Origin: Eledone cirrhosa
Lineage: Eukaryota
DNA length: 64,000 nucleotides
NCBI GenBank assembly: GCA_964016885.1
Contig: OZ024760.1
Coordinates: 22,134,001-22,198,000 of the forward strand
Direction of reading: 5' to 3'
Shown here: piece by piece, positions 59,698 to 64,000 of the stretch
Layout of the letters: each line of letters starts with the position of its first letter
Numbering within the stretch: the stretch's first letter is position 1
Notes under the pieces: model-generated
The model's database searches: none
Seen by the model: only the letters and a program-made list of their open reading frames with translations
What the model was told of the DNA's origin: nothing
Program-made: the position numbers and the translations under genes

Positions 59698-60060
59698 ACC
59701 GTCGCCATTCGTCTCTATTCTTTGTCACGCGTAGAAGAGTTTCGGTGCTGTGACCAGTCAAATCTTTAATGTTTTCGAACTATGATTTCTTTTAGCGGTC
59801 CCTCTTTCGCCCTACCCCAACTGTACCCTGAAAGATATTTTAGACAAGGAGTTGTGGTGGGATACATGACCATACCAGGAAATCTTCAGTCTTTTCCCCA
59901 TCACAAAATGTGGTTCCTGTATTCCAGAATATTTGTTAACTTGCGGACCGACAAAGGTATTTATTTTCGGCGCAATGTAAAGGATATGTAGCAACCCTCT
60001 GAGGCACTTGTTCTTGACTGCCTAGATTCTTTGTTCCATGTCAGCTTTATGTTTCTCATA
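59698..60060 (-). mobile_element. Decayed RTE (BovB-like) LINE 3' end
   Basis: KISWYGHVSHHNSLSK... and TGHSTETLLRVTKNRDEWRR. Confidence 0.75.
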
Positions 60061-60295
60061 TAAGGTATATCTTATATCAAGGAACGTGTTTCATGACGTA
60101 TTTTATAAACTCTATTTTCTAAATCTGAATTATCACCATTAAAATGTAAGGAGGTCGTACCTGAGGCAGGTACAATGATACCTGTGCCAACTTCATCCTT
60201 GGTGACAGGCCCACATATAAAAGAGGTTAACGTTCGTTGAAAACATCAACAGAATTAGATAATCTAGAAAGCCCTAACCCTAATAATTTCTAACA

Positions 60296-60586
60296 GTGAA
60301 GGCACGTGGCCTAGTGGTAATTGTGTTGCACTTATGATCATAATATCGTGGTTCAATTCCTAGACTGGCGTGTGTGTTGTGTTCTTGAGCAAAACACTTC
60401 ATTTCTCATAGCTCCAGTATACTCAACTGAAAACGAGTACCAGCAATAGCTGGGGGTTTAACACTACGATGGACTGGAGTCCTGTCCAGGAGGGAGTGTT
60501 GTACCCTCAGTCACTTCACGCCACGGAATCCGGGATAAGCACCGGCTTGATGAGACTCTGGGCTCGCGACAGACTTTAGACTTTTA
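60296..60586 (+). mobile_element. Full-length tRNA-derived SINE S2
   Basis: A-box TGGCCTAGTGG, B-box GGTTCAATTCC, CORE-like GTTGTGTTCTTGAGCAAAACACT, V-like GATGGACTGGAGTCCTGTCCAGG, and an ACTTT-repeat tail. Confidence 0.85.
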
Positions 60587-60849
60587 ATAATTTCTCATGA
60601 TATTACCGCTAATATTTCATGGTTGCGGAGAAAAGATAGATTAAATGGGATATTGCTATATGTGTAGTAGCAGCAACTGTCTGAAGTATGTTAGTAGTAT
60701 TTTAATGTCGGGTGTTAATTACATTTTTAATAAACTCGTAAGAGACAAAACATTGGTTGAAACAACTTCAGATCTTGTATGGAAAGCCTAGTTCTTGCTT
60801 CGTGTTGTACGGATTTATGTTTTGGTGCTGTTAAATGTTATATATCGGT

Positions 60850-61345
60850 GAAATTACCACGAAAATTCTAGCATTTGCAAACACAGAGGAAGCTTTTTTT
60901 ACCTTATGTGCTATAGAAGTTCAGAAGAATCCTAGTTTTTCCTTCTTGTTTTCCGAACTTGCGTCATGGTGATCTTTGATATTATTAATTGTTGAGAGTA
61001 AGCATGAAAAATCCTAGCATTTGTAAACCCGAAGGGAGGTGTTTCTTTTCTTTATGTGCTATAGAAGTTCGGTAGATATCTTGTTTTCACTTTTTGTTTT
61101 CCGACATTGCGTTTTAATGATGTTGGAGATTATAAATTGTTGGGAGTATGCAAGAAAAATCCTAGCATTTGAAAACACAAAGGAAACTATTTTTTCCTTA
61201 TGTGCTATAGAAGTTCGGAAGAAACCTAGTTTTTGCTTCCTGTCTTGGTGATGTTGGGTATTATAAATTGTTGAGAGTAACCATGAAAAATTTAGCATTT
61301 GTAAACACCAAGGAATTTTTTTTTTTAGTGCTTTACAAGTTCTGA
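60850..61345. repeat. Degenerate ~140-bp tandem repeat (~4 copies)
   Basis: Recurring GAAAAATCCTAGCATTTG...TTATGTGCTATAGAAGTTC. Confidence 0.75.
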
Positions 61346-61772
61346 GGAAATGTCACGCTGTGTATTTCCTTGAAAATTGTAATGATTCTGCCTGGGTTAG
61401 CTATTGAAAGAGACTGGTTTGTCATGTCCGCATTAGAAGAAGAAGTTTTCAAGGTCTCTCCCCACTCCCTCTCTATATCTCCCTCTCCCCCTCTCTCTCT
61501 CCCCCTCTCTCTCTCCCCCTCTCTCTCTGTTACTAGAATTAGAACATGTCGGCTGGTTGTATGATGTGATATATCGAGGTGCAGAAGAATGACGCCAGAA
61601 TCTAAGACGATTTTTGTAGGAAGAAAGGAGTGGCAATTCTGATGGTAGGGTTTGTCACATGTTGAGGAGTTTTAGGGCGGATAGAAATATGTATATACAT
61701 ACATACACACAGATACACACATATATATACACATATATATATATATACATATATATACACATATATATATAT

Positions 61773-61815
<43 letters not shown>

Positions 61816-62819
61816 TATAGATATATATAGATATATATACATATACATATATATATATATATATATAGATATATAGATATATATACATATATACATACAC
61901 ATATATATATATATATATATATAGATATATATACATATATACATACATATATATACATATATACACACATATATATATATATATACATATATGCATACAT
62001 ACATATATACATACATACATATATACATACATACATAAATACACTGATACATATATATATATACATAGATATATTTATATACATATACATATATATATAT
62101 ATATATATACATATATACATAGATATATTTATATATATATACATATATATATATACATATATATATATACATATATAGATATATACATACATATATATAT
62201 ACATATACACATACATATATACATACATATATATACATATACATATATATATATATATACATATATACATATATATACACATATATATGTATACACATAT
62301 ATACATATACACACACATACATATACACACACATACACATATATATATATATATACATATACACTTCCACCGCCACCTCCGCCTACACCTCTACCAGTGT
62401 CACCACCACCACCACCACCACTAACGCTAACACTGCTACTACCAGTTCCACCGCCGCCCCCACCACCACCAACACCGCCACCAGCACCAACACCGCCACC
62501 CCCCACCCCCACCCCACCGCACCCCCATCCCCACCCCCACCACCACCAGCGCCACCAGCACCAACACCGCCACCCGTTCCTCAATGGTTGACACATGTTT
62601 GATTGTAAATCTTTCGAGTGTTTCTCTATCTCTCCGCTAGCCTCCCCCCTCTCTCTCTCTATCTCACCCATCTCTTCCTCTCTATCTCCATCTCACCCTA
62701 TCTCTCCCTCCCCCTCTCTCTCTCTCCATTACCCCCTATCTCCCCCTCTCTTTCCTTTTCTGTATTCCTCTCACCATATATATATATATTTTGTTATTGT
62801 TTTTGTTTTCTGTTTTAAC

Positions 62820-62873
<54 letters not shown>

Positions 62874-63348
62874 CGCTGGTATTGGTGGTGGTGGTGGAGG
62901 TGGAAGTGATGGTAGCATTGGTGGAGGTAACAGTAGTGTGTGTGTGTGGGGGGGGGGGGGGAGAGAGGAAGAGAGTGCTAAAGTTGTAAACTCATAAATG
63001 TCAACGATATGGCTGCTCCAGAGACTATGCCAGGGGACCATTCATTGTACTCAATACACACACGATAGGGAGTCGCGTATGTACTATATAGTGAGGTGTA
63101 AAAATATACTTCAATTAATTATGAGAAGCCATGCAATTAATAAACAAATTCTTCCTCTAGGGTTACGCAAAATCTAAAAATAACAAACAGGGGAGATAAT
63201 TCCAATGAGATAATTAAATTGTAATTTCTTTTAAACAAATGCTGAAGAAGCCATTAGATTATTATTCCTGAGAGGGTCTTGGAGGCGTATTCCCCCCCAA
63301 ACCGCTAGAAGGAATGTTTGAAGACTCTGTCCCCCCACGACTCTTTCA

Positions 63349-63416
63349 GGAATAAGGCTCTTTCCTGATGATTTTTTTTTCGAATGAAACAGTTCTAGTC
63401 CTGTAGAAGCCTTTCC
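63349..63416 (+). ncRNA. Type I hammerhead ribozyme (family D)
   Basis: AAGGC..UUC-CUGAUGA-U9CGAAU-GAA-ACAG-UUCUAGUC-CUGU-A^-GAAGCCUU; stem II is weak; the tail to ~63520 matches 33790-33890. Confidence 0.65.
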
Positions 63417-63596
63417 TATTTTTCTATATTAAAGTTGTTGTTTACACTCTAATAATGTATTGAGTACCTTACTTACTGCGGGTAGCCACTCCCCACCCCC
63501 CCGATTGAACCTGGGATGCACATACATACACATATATATACCGTTTATATGACTATGTCTCTATAAATGAACGCGGGTGTTTAAAGGGTAATATAT

Positions 63597-63799
63597 GAAG
63601 AGAGAGAGAGAGAGAGAGAGAGAGCGCCAGAGAGAGAGATAGAGAGAGGGGGTTGTATTGGGTAAGATGCTTAAGTAGGAAAGAGATAGAGTGACAGAGA
63701 GAGAGAGAGATGGTGAGAGAGAGAGAGGGTGAGAGAGAGAGGGGGATGGTTGTATTGGGTAAGAAGCTTAAGTAGGAAAGAGATAGAGTGACAGAGAGG

Positions 63800-63831
<32 letters not shown>

Positions 63832-64000
63832 GGGTGAGAGAGAGAGGGGGGATGGTTGTATTGGGTAAGAAGCTTAAGTAGGAAAGAGATAGAGTGACAG
63901 AGAGGAAGAGAGGGAAAGAGAGAGAGAGAGAGAGGGGGGAGAGAGAGGGAGAGAGGGTGAGAGGGTGAGAGAGAGGGGGGATGGTTGTATTGGGTAAGAA
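63597..64000. repeat. GA-rich minisatellite with GGTTGTATTGGGTAAGAAGCTTAAGTAGGAAAG core
   Basis: Four copies of the core separated by variable GA runs. Confidence 0.85.

Overview
Eukaryotic, AT-rich, microsatellite-saturated genomic DNA. The SINE complement resembles coleoid cephalopods, probably Octopus; this is an inference. Almost all ORFs in the track are artefacts of (TA)n, (CA)n, (GA)n, (CATA)n and trinucleotide repeats, and no host gene can be identified, although a chain of short minus-strand exon-like islands may exist. The main signal is a dense set of short (100-500 bp) non-coding units inserted into (TA)n tracts. I can trace by eye about 25 type-I hammerhead ribozyme (HHR) motifs (CUGANGA - stem II - GAAA - short palindromic stem III - NUH - stem I) from about 10 sequence families, plus about a dozen half-HHRs. 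Most units are fold-back palindromes with a long arm and a short inverted arm. Many share a second ACUC...GAGU stem-loop near the 3' end, and three families share a fixed 5' boundary (ACTGCCA) at which fold-back can occur. This fits non-autonomous pseudo-LTR (pLTR) derivatives of Penelope-like retroelements, i.e. retrozyme-like units. The window also holds tRNA-derived SINEs, RTE LINE fragments, hAT and Tc1 MITEs (one with a perfect 8-bp TSD), a Helitron-like element and TE-derived minisatellites, one built from an RLE endonuclease motif.
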